A DNA stretch of 64,000 nt from an uncultured Acidobacteriaceae bacterium (GTDB taxonomy: Bacteria > Acidobacteriota > Terriglobia > Terriglobales > Acidobacteriaceae), in assembly GCA_963781245.1 (NCBI GenBank), contig CAWAFB010000026.1, forward strand, positions 17,304 through 81,303, given 5' to 3'. Positions within the stretch are counted from its first letter, which is position 1. Every line of letters begins with the position of its first letter. Shown one piece after another: positions 29,601 through 38,813 of the stretch. The position numbers and the translations under genes are program-made. The notes below the pieces were generated by a model. That model saw only the letters and a list, made by a program, of their open reading frames with translations, was not told the DNA's origin and searched no databases.

Positions 29601-30686
29601 GACGCCGGTGGGGTTCGCGTTCTCCTGGTCGAAGACAACGAGGTCAATCAGCAAATTGCGAAGGAGCTTTTCGAAAGTGTGGGAGCGAGTGTGACCATCG
29701 CCAACCACGGTGGCGAAGCTGTGAAACTCTTGACCGAGGGCGACCAGTCGGCCCCGTTCGACATCGTGTTTATGGACTTGCAGATGCCCGAAATGGATGG
29801 CTTTGCAGCAACAGGGATTCTGCGCGCCAGGCCGGAACTTCGGAATCTGCCCATCATCGCGATGACAGCGCATGCAATGACCGATGAAATCCAGCGCTGC
29901 TTGAATTCAGGCATGGATGATCATGTCGGGAAGCCCATCGATCCCGGCGCGTTATTCGCCACACTTGCACGTTGGACACGTCGACAGGAGCTTGAAGTTT
30001 CTGCTTTGCCTACGAAGCTCCCGAGGACGGTCGACGAAGTTATTCTCCCTGAATTAGAGGGTGTGGATGTGAGGAATGGTTTAGAGCGAGTCGCCGGCAA
30101 TAAGCGGCTGTATCGTGACTTGTTGACGCAATTTGTGCAGACGCACCAGCAGGATGATGAGCGGATCGCAACTGCAATTGAAAGCGGGGAGTACGCTCTG
30201 GCAGAGCGATTGGCGCATTCCTTAAAGGGCGTCGCGGGAAATATAGGAATCAAGTCTGTTTTCTCTTCCGCTGTGAAGCTGGAAATTGCAATACGCGAGA
30301 GGAACGCCGCTCTCCTCGCCATGACCAAAGAGTTTGGCGCGGTTCTGAGTTGTCAAATTCGAGTCATGCAAGAAGCTTTGAAGAGCATCACCCCTGCCGA
30401 GCCAGCACGAGACCCAGCTCAGGTTGCCGATCCCGCTGCTGTATCGTCGGCCGTTGCACACCTTCGTGAGTTGCTGCAGGCAAGCGACGCTGATGCGTTG
30501 GAATCATACTTAGTCTTGGTTGAATTGTTGCAGAGCACTTCCAGCACATCGCGATTGAATAGCCTCGGTGCAGCGATCAATCGATTTGATTTTGACGTTG
30601 CGTTGATTGAATTGGATGGAATCGCTAGTGAAAAGGCACAGATTGGGGAGAATGCTGCCGCTGCTCGGCAGGCGAGACCCAATTGA
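26664..30686 (+). CDS. hybrid sensor histidine kinase / response regulator (multiple PAS, HisKA, HATPase_c, 2 REC, Hpt)
   Basis: 1340 aa. H-box FLANMSHEIRTPMNAI, G-boxes DSGIGM and GGTGLGLSI, two receiver domains (VVDDN..., LVEDNEVNQ), and C-terminal Hpt HSLKGVAGNIG. The true start is possibly ATG 26736. Confidence 0.85.
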   Translation: MSLRRPLSGQVSLTTCFRRNFLSTMSQEPCMPLPEISIDRSDRKRAHDQRRASEQLFRSIFEDAQIGITFYKIDTKEIFPNRAMQEMLGRTEQELSRLEQWDEITPPDDRVACAARYTELIQGKRERDEWEQRLIRKDGSIALTSVRFTLLRDAAGRPQYVASLQEDITERKRALEERDRVMRQMEMLLESTGQGIYGIDLQGNCTFTNRACCEMLGYQAEVLLGRNMHDLVHHHKSDGSLYPVVQCPIFRSFQKGEGCRVDAEVMWRRDGTAIPVEYSSFPILDDEKITGAVVTFVDITERKEAEEKLRASEQLFRSVFEGAQVGIGVFKIQSKEHFSNRALHEMLDYSGEELSRLDQWDNIVHSDERVSGAERYAALVEGKRDKDEYQQRFIRRDGNLVLGNMRCQLLRDAAGKPQCVVALTEDITERTAAEELLRKREEELRRANFLAETALDLTKAGYWHVPLDGSGLFNSSPRRDAIFGDIPRPDFRYPLEEQFAHTKEADEVVAAAAREAFNAAVEGKIEKYNTIYAYKRPVDGRVIWIHALGHVVEDATGKPTDIYGVSQDITEFKRLEAELLSAKEAAEMATKVKSEFLANMSHEIRTPMNAILGMTYLALRTELTPKQRDYLSKTKAAAEGLLGIINDILDFSKIEAGKLTMEHTDFCLDTVLEHLSTVVSPKICEKNLEFLIDEQHDLPALLVGDQLRLGQVLINLVNNAVKFTERGEIVVTVKLEEQLSDRVELKFEVRDSGIGMTPEQSARLFQAFSQADTSTTRKYGGTGLGLSISKRLVEMMEGNIWVESEYGYGSTFCFTAWFGIRAAETRPKRLPPGLVGIRALVVDDNAMARDILAHALRQFLPRVDCVSSGDDALRILASADEQDPFQLILMDWQMPGLDGLEASRAIKREGRLRNVPKIVMITAFDREEIRAQAEELRIEALIQKPVSQSMLFDTLMNIFGSVREENSLSMVSRVDVQSYDAGGVRVLLVEDNEVNQQIAKELFESVGASVTIANHGGEAVKLLTEGDQSAPFDIVFMDLQMPEMDGFAATGILRARPELRNLPIIAMTAHAMTDEIQRCLNSGMDDHVGKPIDPGALFATLARWTRRQELEVSALPTKLPRTVDEVILPELEGVDVRNGLERVAGNKRLYRDLLTQFVQTHQQDDERIATAIESGEYALAERLAHSLKGVAGNIGIKSVFSSAVKLEIAIRERNAALLAMTKEFGAVLSCQIRVMQEALKSITPAEPARDPAQVADPAAVSSAVAHLRELLQASDADALESYLVLVELLQSTSSTSRLNSLGAAINRFDFDVALIELDGIASEKAQIGENAAAARQARPN

Positions 30687-30767
30687 TTCGTTCATTCCGT
30701 AAGTCCGAATAGCTCCGAAGGATTATCAAAAGTGATCCGCACCTGTGCCCGCTAGCATTCTTGCCAC

Positions 30768-31094
30768 TTGGCGGTAGGAATCTCGCTTCGTAAAATCGAG
30801 GGATCGAATCACCACAAAGCAATTGAAAATACGAGGTCATGCGGGAGCGAAATGTCGGAACAAGAGCTGCAGGAAGAAATCGAGAGATTGCGAGCAGAGA
30901 ATGAAAAGCTCAAGAACAAGGGTGTGCGGGGACTGAACCTCAAGGTGAGCGAGAAGGGGGCCGTCTCGCTCTATGGTATAGGCCGCTTCCCGGTAACCTT
31001 ATATAAGGAGCAGTGGGCTAAGATCCTTGGCATGGCACGCGAGATCGAAGCCTTTATCTGCGAGAATGACCATCTGCTCAAGGCCAAAGAATAA
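30768..31094 (+). CDS. small coiled-coil hypothetical protein
   Basis: The likely start is ATG 30852, after GGGAG (MSEQELQEEIERLRAENEKLKNKG...). No family recognised. Confidence 0.4.
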   Translation: MAVGISLRKIEGSNHHKAIENTRSCGSEMSEQELQEEIERLRAENEKLKNKGVRGLNLKVSEKGAVSLYGIGRFPVTLYKEQWAKILGMAREIEAFICENDHLLKAKE

Positions 31095-31740
31095 AAATCC
31101 CGGCGTAGGGAGTTGGTCACAATCTGGAGCAGCCGCCAAAGAAGTACGAGAAATCACGCCCTGGATGACCACCTTCGCCCACAACAAGCGTGCACCGTCA
31201 ATGTCGACGCTCGCTGGTAGCCAGAACATCGATGCAAACTTGCGGCACACAGGCACGCTGCTTTTCAGCAGAACTACGCTGTTGAACTTAGGTGTATGCG
31301 GACCAGAGCACAAGTCCTTTTTTGTGTCAGCGATTACCAAAGGTTTCGCGGTGAGGCGCTCGGCGTTAGCTACAAACTCATGAAGGACACATTTTTACCA
31401 GGTAGAAACCCCGCTCAAGATTGCTGCCAACCGGTATTGTCATGCGCTACAATCCATGACGATCGAGGCAGCTTGACGGGCGGCGATCCCCCATAAATTC
31501 TCCGTTGTCTTCGGTGCTGTTCTGCGTGATGACTGTAACAATGCCAGAGAAGACCTGCCCAGTTCGGTTTTGTTCAAGGTCGCCGCTCCCTGATGGTCGG
31601 TCGACTTAAGTGGCTTGGCTTCGAAATACAGCATCTCTGGTTTTGCGTTGGCTGCTCGAAAAATAACTCGCTGACGAGACCCAAGATCTTTCCCGCGCAA
31701 GCATGCGGCAACTCGAACCGGAAGGTGTGGCAGGGGCGGC

Positions 31741-33969
31741 GTGAGCAAAGTGCAAGTCCAGGTGGATTGGAAACGGTCCGGCTGTTTCGGCGCCGGGGGA
31801 ATCCGCATATCCGTTGAGACTCTTATTCCTGTCGTTCTTCTGTGCCTGAGCGTCTTCCCGTCCGCTGCACAGACTAATTCCAAAAATGTGCTGGTACTCT
31901 TTACGCAATTCCATCGTGGCCCAAATCTGTGGCTGGATTCAATCGAATCCACAGCGCGCGCCCGCGTTCCTGGTGCAGTGAATTTTTTCAGTTCGTATCT
32001 CGAATATTCCCAATTAAATGACAGGGCTTATCTGGACAGCGAGGCTGAAACTTTGCACCGCGAATACCATGACGTGAAGTTCGATCTCGTAATTGCCGTT
32101 GCCTATCCAGCGCTTGAATTCGCGGTGCAGCACCGTGACAAAATTTTTCCGGGTGTGCCCATCGTCTTTACGTCAATTGACCCCGAATTGGAATTGAAAG
32201 GGCAGAAATGGCCTAGCGTGACGGGTTACGCAAGTCGTCTCGGTATTGGAGAGACGGTCGATCTGGCGCTTCGTCTTCATCCAGATACAAAGGCGGTCGC
32301 CGTTATCTCGCACGATTCGGGATTATGGTGGGCCGCCGCGCATTCCGCGCTTCTTCCTCATCAAGATAAGGTGAGGGAGATTGACATCATCGGACTGCCC
32401 AGTAGTCAGATGCTCGAGAGAGTTGCTTCGCTCCCACCCCATGCTGTGGTGGTATTTCAGGTTCTGATGAGCGAGTATGCTCAACCGGCAACCGGAATCT
32501 ATGACGCGGTGGAGGCAATCGCGATGCGCCTTCCGACCTATTCTCCCTTTATAAACCTAGCTCTGGGTCATGGCGGCATTGGTGGAGCTGACCGTGACAT
32601 CCCGAAAGAGGCCCGATTAACCGGGGAACTCGCTGGACGAGTGTTATCAGGCGAGCGCGCGGACGACATTCCCATTGTTAATGATTTCAATGTTCAGTTC
32701 GTTGTGGATTGGCGGGCGCTCCAGAGGTGGCATATTCCAGAGTCTGCTCTGCCGGCGGGCAGCGTGATTCTGTACAGACCCCCTTCGTTGTGGGAGAGCT
32801 ACCGAAGATACGTTATCGCCACCATCGTTGTGATTGCTGTCCTGCTGCTGTTGATCATCGGACTGCTGTGGGAGCGAGCGAGAAAGCGGAAGGCTGAAGC
32901 TGAGCTTCGCGAAAGCGAAAAGCGTTTCCGGGTGATGACGGATACGACGCCGTCACTGGTGTGGATGTGCGATCCGAAAGGAAAGATTACGTATCTGAAT
33001 GAGCGGCGGATCGCGTTTACGGGCCCTGGCTCGAATGCGGGGTACGGCGATAGCTGGGCTACGTATGTCCATCCGGATGATCTGAGAAACGTGAAGGATG
33101 GCATGTCACAGGGCTTGAAAGACCGCCAGCCGTTTTCGCGAGAGTACAGGCTGCGGCGGAGCGATGGCGTTTATCGGTGGATGTTCGACGTGGCGACACC
33201 CAGGGTGAATGGCGACGGGTCATTCGGCGGATTCATTGGTTCGGCGATTGATGTGACGGAGCAGAAGCTGGCCCAGCAGGCCCTCGAGCAGGTGAGCGGT
33301 CAACTGATCGAGGCACAGGAGAAGGAGCGCCGCCGTATCGCGAGAGATCTGCACGACGACATTTGCCAGCGGCTGGCGCTGCTGTCGATGGAGATTGAAC
33401 AGACGAATCGCAGCTCGAATGAATTATCAAAGCCCACGAAGACGAGCCTGGAGGAGATTCGCAGACATTGTTCGGAGATTGCGGGTGACGTTCAGTCGCT
33501 GTCGCATCAGCTGCACTCGTCGAAGCTGGATTATCTCGGGATTACGGCGGCGATCCGCGGCTTCTGCAATGAGTTTTCAAAACAGCACGGAGTCAGCGTG
33601 AAGTTCACAGACAGAGACGTGCCGAGGCCTCTGCCTAAAGATGTCTCGCTGTGCCTTTTCCGGGTTGCACAGGAGGCGCTGCATAACGCAGTCAAGTACA
33701 GCGGTATGAGCGAGTTCACCGTGGAATTGAGCGGCGTGGAGGATGCGGTCCACTTGGTGGTAAGCGATGCCGGTGCAGGCTTCGACGTGGAAGAGGCGCG
33801 GAAGAGGCGCGGACTGGGGCTGCTGAGCATGCAGGAGCGCGTGCACCTGGTACAGGGGACGTTCTCCGTTGAATCGCAACCGGGAGAGGGAACGAGGATT
33901 CTCGCGCTAGTGCCGGTCGCCGGCGTCGCAGTTAGTGCGGGAGATCATCAAGTCCTGAATGTGAGATAG
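31741..33969 (+). CDS. sensor histidine kinase (periplasmic ABC-substrate-binding-like domain, TM, PAS, HisKA_3, HATPase_c)
   Basis: NarL-partner-type H-box RRIARDLHDDICQRL and C-terminal GLGLLSMQERV...GEGT. There is no adjacent response regulator. Confidence 0.8.
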   Translation: MSKVQVQVDWKRSGCFGAGGIRISVETLIPVVLLCLSVFPSAAQTNSKNVLVLFTQFHRGPNLWLDSIESTARARVPGAVNFFSSYLEYSQLNDRAYLDSEAETLHREYHDVKFDLVIAVAYPALEFAVQHRDKIFPGVPIVFTSIDPELELKGQKWPSVTGYASRLGIGETVDLALRLHPDTKAVAVISHDSGLWWAAAHSALLPHQDKVREIDIIGLPSSQMLERVASLPPHAVVVFQVLMSEYAQPATGIYDAVEAIAMRLPTYSPFINLALGHGGIGGADRDIPKEARLTGELAGRVLSGERADDIPIVNDFNVQFVVDWRALQRWHIPESALPAGSVILYRPPSLWESYRRYVIATIVVIAVLLLLIIGLLWERARKRKAEAELRESEKRFRVMTDTTPSLVWMCDPKGKITYLNERRIAFTGPGSNAGYGDSWATYVHPDDLRNVKDGMSQGLKDRQPFSREYRLRRSDGVYRWMFDVATPRVNGDGSFGGFIGSAIDVTEQKLAQQALEQVSGQLIEAQEKERRRIARDLHDDICQRLALLSMEIEQTNRSSNELSKPTKTSLEEIRRHCSEIAGDVQSLSHQLHSSKLDYLGITAAIRGFCNEFSKQHGVSVKFTDRDVPRPLPKDVSLCLFRVAQEALHNAVKYSGMSEFTVELSGVEDAVHLVVSDAGAGFDVEEARKRRGLGLLSMQERVHLVQGTFSVESQPGEGTRILALVPVAGVAVSAGDHQVLNVR

Positions 33970-34492
33970 CCTGCGATGGCCAGGTGAGGATTGAAACAAA
34001 GCTCCTCGCAAATTATTTAACAACTATTGGTCGCCGCTTCTTTCGACAGCCACGCCGCCGTGTAACTAGCGTCTCGAGTCTAGCGAACACGGTCGACCTT
34101 GGCTGGTACGCTCGCGTTACGACCTGAGCAGGGAATGGTCCACTCGCACGTGCGCCGAAGGCCATGACTGGCACGGTCTTGCGCACTGCAAGCAGCACGA
34201 CGTAGTCTGGTCTGCTTCGCCGGCCGCGTCAACCATCACCGCGGCACCAAGCACATATAAGTCAGGCACTAGGCACAAAATTAGGCACGGTCCGTCTTGT
34301 TGGCTACAAGGCCGTATTTTTCCGCAATTCTGGAGCCTGCGCTTTACGACCACTGCATCCCTGCCCGGAGGCGGATCGCGCTCGGATCGTGCGAAGGGTT
34401 CATCAGCCCAAAAGCAAACTTCTCGGCCTCTTCCTGGGTCGGCCTGTGGGTGGACAGGACCTCTTCACCAGAAATGGCATCGACGACGATGA

Positions 34493-34768
34493 ACGGTTTG
34501 GGGCTCAGGCATAAGCGAGAAGGTCGTCTGGTGGGTCGTGCGTCAGTATGCCAAGACCGCCGCCATTGAAAAACTTTCCCCTCATGATCTTCGTCGCACC
34601 TGTGCCAGGCTTTGCCATTCAACCAGGGGCGAGTTGGAACAGATCCAGTTTCTGCTTGGCCATCGATCGGTAGAGACAACGGAACGATACCTTGGCTCGA
34701 GGCAGAGAATCGTACATGCAGTCAATGACAAGCTCGGTATCGAGCCGGATGGCGGCTCTGGCTGAGCG
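34493..34768 (+). pseudogene. tyrosine recombinase/integrase, C-terminal fragment only
   Basis: The open frame from 34493 encodes ...VVWWVVRQYAKTAAIEKLSPHDLRRTCARLCH...LLGHRSVETTERYLG (box II with catalytic Tyr). About 250 N-terminal residues are missing. Confidence 0.75.
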
Positions 34769-34859
34769 ATATACCGCAATCGGGACTCATTTTCTCGGAT
34801 AAGGGTTCGATCCCCGCTGCCATGATCTTGTTCAAGATCACAAAAATTTACTGCGAATC

Positions 34860-35075
34860 TCATTTCAGCCGAATTTTTGGAACGCGCTCGGGATAATCCG
34901 ATATGATCCCATCGGCGCCGAAATCGATGGCGCGGCGGATCAGTCTGGGTTCATTGACGGTATAGATCAATACCTCAAGGCCAGCGTCATGAAGCGTAGC
35001 GATGAACTCGGCGGTTGCGTTCGAGTCGCGTGCGAATGCTGCTCCCGAAAGGGGGACGCGCTCCATCAGCGCCAT
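34860..35075 (-). pseudogene. glycerophosphodiester phosphodiesterase-like C-terminal fragment
   Basis: ...HDAGLEVLIYTVNEPRLIRRAIDFGADGIISDYPE resembles a GDPD C-terminus. The frame is open only to about 35175, so the N-terminal catalytic part is absent. Confidence 0.55.
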
Positions 35076-35399
35076 GGTTCTGTGACGTTCGGTCGCGGGT
35101 TGTTTGATCGCGCCGACAAAAGTATCCGAAAACGGGGAGCCACTGGCCTTCGCCTTATTAAATGTGTAGGCAGCCTACCCCTTCGATCGGCGATAAAGAT
35201 CGAGGACTAATGCGTCGCAGAGGAGGGCGAAGCTCTAGCCCGTTATTCTCGTGCTAACTGGCAAATCTGCCAGTTTCCTCCTCCACGGCAAAGGCTTAAG
35301 TTTACATCTCGTAAAACGTCGTTGTGCATGGCGGACAGGAGTTTGTGCGCGCCGAGCCCAGTAATTCGGTGAAGTAGGGTTTTTAAGGAGGAAAGCATT

Positions 35400-36824
35400 A
35401 TGGACGGCGTCGCACGAGCAAAGCGGAGTCTCTCCCTTGGTCTGAGCATCCTTCTGGTCTTCACCGTCGGCCCCGGAGCCGCTCCCAGCATGGCATATCA
35501 GAGTGCGGCAACGGCGCCGGCAGGCGGCACAACCGCCAGCTATCCCGGTCAGGGTGTGCCGGCGACTGCCGATGAGCTGCAGAGCCTGGTTGCGCCGATC
35601 GCTCTCTATCCGGATGCGTTGGTAGCACAGATTCTCAGTGCGGCAACTTTCCCCGACCAGGTGGCCATCGCCAGCTATTGGGTACAGCAGAACAAGACAC
35701 TTACCGGAAGCGCTCTCACGACGGCGGTTGATAAGCAAACCTGGGATCCCAGTGTCAAAGCGCTCACGGAGTTTCCATCCGTCCTCAACAACATGGCTCA
35801 GAACCTCTCGTGGACCTCGCAGTTGGGTGAGGACTACCACAATCAGCAGGCCGACGTGATGACGGCGATCCAAACCTTGCGCGCGAAGGCGAAGGCCGCG
35901 GGCAATCTGAAGTCCGGCGACCAGATCACTGTTGTTCAGCAGTCGCCGCAGACCATCGTCATCCAGCCGACCAATCCGCAGATTGTGTATGTCCCGCAGT
36001 ACAACCCTGCCGTTATTTACGGCACACCCTACGTCGTCCCCAACTACTCGACCGCTGACGTCGTGGCCGCAGGCGTACTTTCGTTCGGGGTCGGAATGGC
36101 CGTTGGAGCCATGATGAGCGGGGGGTGCTGTGGTTGGGGATATAGCAGCTGGAACTGCAATTGGTACGGTGGCGGCGCGTACTACCACGGCGGAGCCTAC
36201 TACGGGAACGACGCCTGGCATGGCGGCTACTACGGTTCAAGTGCTTCCGCCTATGGCCCATACGGGAGCGCCCATGCCTCCTCTGGCTATAACCCCGCCA
36301 CCGGGACCTATGCACGCGGGGCATCCACTTCAACAGCCTACGGCACCCAGAAGGTAGGGCAAGCCTATAACCCGAGCACCGGAGCTTACGCCCAAACCCA
36401 TCAGACTTCTACCTATGGCGCGCAATATGGAAGCTCGTACGCCTCGAAGGACGGCACGTCGGTGAACTCCGCGCATTACTCGGACGCCAACGGAACGGTT
36501 GCCGGCGCCTCGACCTCCAATGGGAACAGGTATGCGACTGCGAACGGCAACGCCTACAAGAACACCGGGAGCGGCTGGCAGAAGGCGGGTTCCGGTTCCG
36601 GTTCTGATGCCGCTCACGGTTGGGGAGGCAGTAGTGGAGGCTGGGACTCGCAATCTCATAGTGGCGGCTCGTCGGCATTCAGTGGCTGGGGCGGCCATTC
36701 TGGCGACTCCGGCGGTGGTGGCTGGGGCTCGCGGGCCTCAAGCTCGCAGGGCTGGCGCAGCCGTGGCGGCGGCGGCGGATGGGGCGGCGGTGGATTTCAT
36801 GGTGGTGGAGGATTCAGGCGGTAG
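35400..36824 (+). CDS. DUF3300-like exported protein with a long Gly/Tyr/Ser-rich C-terminal tail
   Basis: LVAPIALYPDALVAQILSAATFPDQV...WDPSVKALTEFPSVL block. The last 230 aa or so are low complexity and end in GGGGFHGGGGFRR. Confidence 0.7.
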   Translation: MDGVARAKRSLSLGLSILLVFTVGPGAAPSMAYQSAATAPAGGTTASYPGQGVPATADELQSLVAPIALYPDALVAQILSAATFPDQVAIASYWVQQNKTLTGSALTTAVDKQTWDPSVKALTEFPSVLNNMAQNLSWTSQLGEDYHNQQADVMTAIQTLRAKAKAAGNLKSGDQITVVQQSPQTIVIQPTNPQIVYVPQYNPAVIYGTPYVVPNYSTADVVAAGVLSFGVGMAVGAMMSGGCCGWGYSSWNCNWYGGGAYYHGGAYYGNDAWHGGYYGSSASAYGPYGSAHASSGYNPATGTYARGASTSTAYGTQKVGQAYNPSTGAYAQTHQTSTYGAQYGSSYASKDGTSVNSAHYSDANGTVAGASTSNGNRYATANGNAYKNTGSGWQKAGSGSGSDAAHGWGGSSGGWDSQSHSGGSSAFSGWGGHSGDSGGGGWGSRASSSQGWRSRGGGGGWGGGGFHGGGGFRR

Positions 36825-36845
36825 GTTTCAAGGCCGGGGAAGCCA

Positions 36846-37832
36846 ATGAACAGCCATCGGAGAATCAAAATGTTCGACACAGTACGCAATCGCGCCGGTT
36901 TTGCCTCGTCCTTCCTTACCCTGACTCTCGGTTTCGGGTTGCTGTTTTCTCTCACCGCCTGCAACAAAAAGGAGAATCCTGAGTCCGCCCAGGCCGCGCC
37001 CAAGACCTTTGCTTCGCCGGATGACGCCGGCAAGGCGCTCGCAGATGCCGCGAAATCGCAGAATCAGGATGCAATGCTGACAATCTTCGGTCCGGGATCG
37101 GCAGCGACTGTTTCCACTGGCAATCCCGCGGAAGACAAAGCTGCGCTGAATGGATTCGCCCAGGACTACCAGGTAATGAACCGGTGGCGGAAGCTGGCCG
37201 ATGGCAGCGAATTGCTGCTGGTGGGCGCCGAAAACCAGGCATTTCCCATTCCCCTGATGAAGAACGCCGCCGGCCAGTGGTATTTCGATGCGGCAGCCGG
37301 GAAAGAGGAAATCCTGGCGCGTCGCGTAGGCCGCGACGAACTCGCCGCCATCGATGTCTGCGCCGCACTGGCCGACTCCCAGACTCAGTACTTTTCCCAA
37401 AAGCACGGTGGCGTCAAACAATACGCGCAAAAATTCATCAGCGATCCAGGCCAGCAGAACGGCTTGTACTGGGAGTCTCCGCAGGGCTCTCCTCGCAGTC
37501 CGCTCGGGCCGCTGGTGGCGTTCGCGACAGAAGAGGGATTCACCGTCAAACCTGACGGCGCCCAGCCCTTCTATGGCTATTACTTCCGGCGGCTGGACAA
37601 TCAGGGTGCCGCAGCCAAAGGCGGCGCAAAGTCGTATGTCATTAATGGAAAGATGACGGGTGGATTTGCCTACGTTGCCTACCCGGCGAAGTACGACGAT
37701 ACGGGTATTAAGACGTTCATCATCAATCAGGACGGCGTGGTCTACGCCAAAGACCTTGGCAAGGATACCGAGAATCTGGCGAAGGCGATGACTGACTTCA
37801 ATCCCGACGACACCTGGACCGCATTGAAGTAG
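36846..37832 (+). CDS. DUF2950-like exported protein
   Basis: Signal/lipobox-like N-terminus (LTAC) and FAYVAYPAKYDDTGIKTFIINQDGVVYAKDLG near the C-terminus. This family typically pairs with DUF3300. Confidence 0.65.
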   Translation: MNSHRRIKMFDTVRNRAGFASSFLTLTLGFGLLFSLTACNKKENPESAQAAPKTFASPDDAGKALADAAKSQNQDAMLTIFGPGSAATVSTGNPAEDKAALNGFAQDYQVMNRWRKLADGSELLLVGAENQAFPIPLMKNAAGQWYFDAAAGKEEILARRVGRDELAAIDVCAALADSQTQYFSQKHGGVKQYAQKFISDPGQQNGLYWESPQGSPRSPLGPLVAFATEEGFTVKPDGAQPFYGYYFRRLDNQGAAAKGGAKSYVINGKMTGGFAYVAYPAKYDDTGIKTFIINQDGVVYAKDLGKDTENLAKAMTDFNPDDTWTALK

Positions 37833-38090
37833 AAGTTGAACAAGGGATGCCGCTGATCTAAAGGAACCTACAATGCCTTGCGCGAACCAAGTTGGGTTTA
37901 ATTGCTCAGCGTGACTAACTCCTGCTCCTTGGCAATGCGACGATCCGCCATCGTCATGGGTCCGGGCGGTCCCCTTGTGGATTAGCGTTTGAGCCCCGTT
38001 TCCTGTCTCAATGAGCAAGTCTCGCCTGACTCAGGTCCGTCGCTAGATTGCCTCCGGCAGCGTTCCTGCTGAAGAACAACTATCGACTCG

Positions 38091-38813
38091 TTACTTCGGA
38101 GCCTTTGGCGGGCAGTGCGCATCGTAGGTCGCCTGCATGCGTCTCAGCTTGAGAACGCCATAGAACACGATAATCACCATGACAAGAACCAGGAACCCGG
38201 CGAATCTTCTTTCCCATTCATACTCGCCCTCGCGGTTGGCAATGTAGCTGGCCGTGATTAAGCAGAGAATGCCGCCGTTGATGATCCAGTTCACCAACTT
38301 GGGCAAGATGAAGTGCACGGTGCCAAAGCCGGCAAGTTGGTACAGCATGAACGGCAGGGTCGCTACCATCGGCAGGAGATCGGAAGCACCCAGCGCGACA
38401 GGGATAGCGCCGGGCGCCATGTCATGCAGCAGCCTGCTGTGCGCGAGTTCATGGAAGAGCGCCGGCACGGCACACAAGAAAGGCACCACGGCAAGCAGTT
38501 CGAGCACCAGCGCCCCGCTCCAGGCACCGACCTTAGACGAAGAATCGGCACCCGCACCCGATGATTCCGCGCCGATGTACAGGCCTCCGACGATGGCGGC
38601 GGCACTAGACAGCATCAGCAGTTCCACCGTGATGCCAAAACTCGCCGGTTCCCCCGCCTTGATCAGCAGCAGGGCCATGAACCCGGGGAGATAGAACATC
38701 ACGCGTACCAGTCGGGCCCAAACCCGCGCGTCGCGCTCGGGCGGCAGAATTGGGAGCGCGATTCCGTCGATTCCGATCGTTGCTCTCTCTTTAGACATTT
38801 CAGCTTCCTTCAA
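38091..38813 (-). CDS. multi-pass membrane protein with an HELAH motif (possible intramembrane metalloprotease)
   Basis: 240 aa, about 6 hydrophobic segments, and HExxH (FHELAHSRLLHD) next to a TM segment. No family recognised. Confidence 0.45.
   Translation of the reverse strand: MKEAEMSKERATIGIDGIALPILPPERDARVWARLVRVMFYLPGFMALLLIKAGEPASFGITVELLMLSSAAAIVGGLYIGAESSGAGADSSSKVGAWSGALVLELLAVVPFLCAVPALFHELAHSRLLHDMAPGAIPVALGASDLLPMVATLPFMLYQLAGFGTVHFILPKLVNWIINGGILCLITASYIANREGEYEWERRFAGFLVLVMVIIVFYGVLKLRRMQATYDAHCPPKAPK

Noticed and set aside
31095-31740. A 650-bp gap between the small coiled-coil gene and the second kinase, with several overlapping 100-170 aa ORFs on both strands
   Set aside because: None shows a recognisable motif or a consistent coding signal. 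It may be promoter or leader sequence, or gene debris.
34344-34679. 111-aa minus-strand ORF overlapping the integrase fragment
   Set aside because: It overlaps the antisense of the recognisable integrase C-terminus. Only its last 45 residues or so look protein-like (KPFIVVDAISGEEVLSTHRPTQEEAEKFAFGL). The evidence is insufficient.
35235-38018. Long minus-strand ORFs 35235-36221 (328 aa) and 36828-38018 (396 aa)
   Set aside because: They are antisense to the DUF3300-like and DUF2950-like genes. They have low-complexity or Arg-rich translations and are generated by the GC-rich repetitive coding strand.
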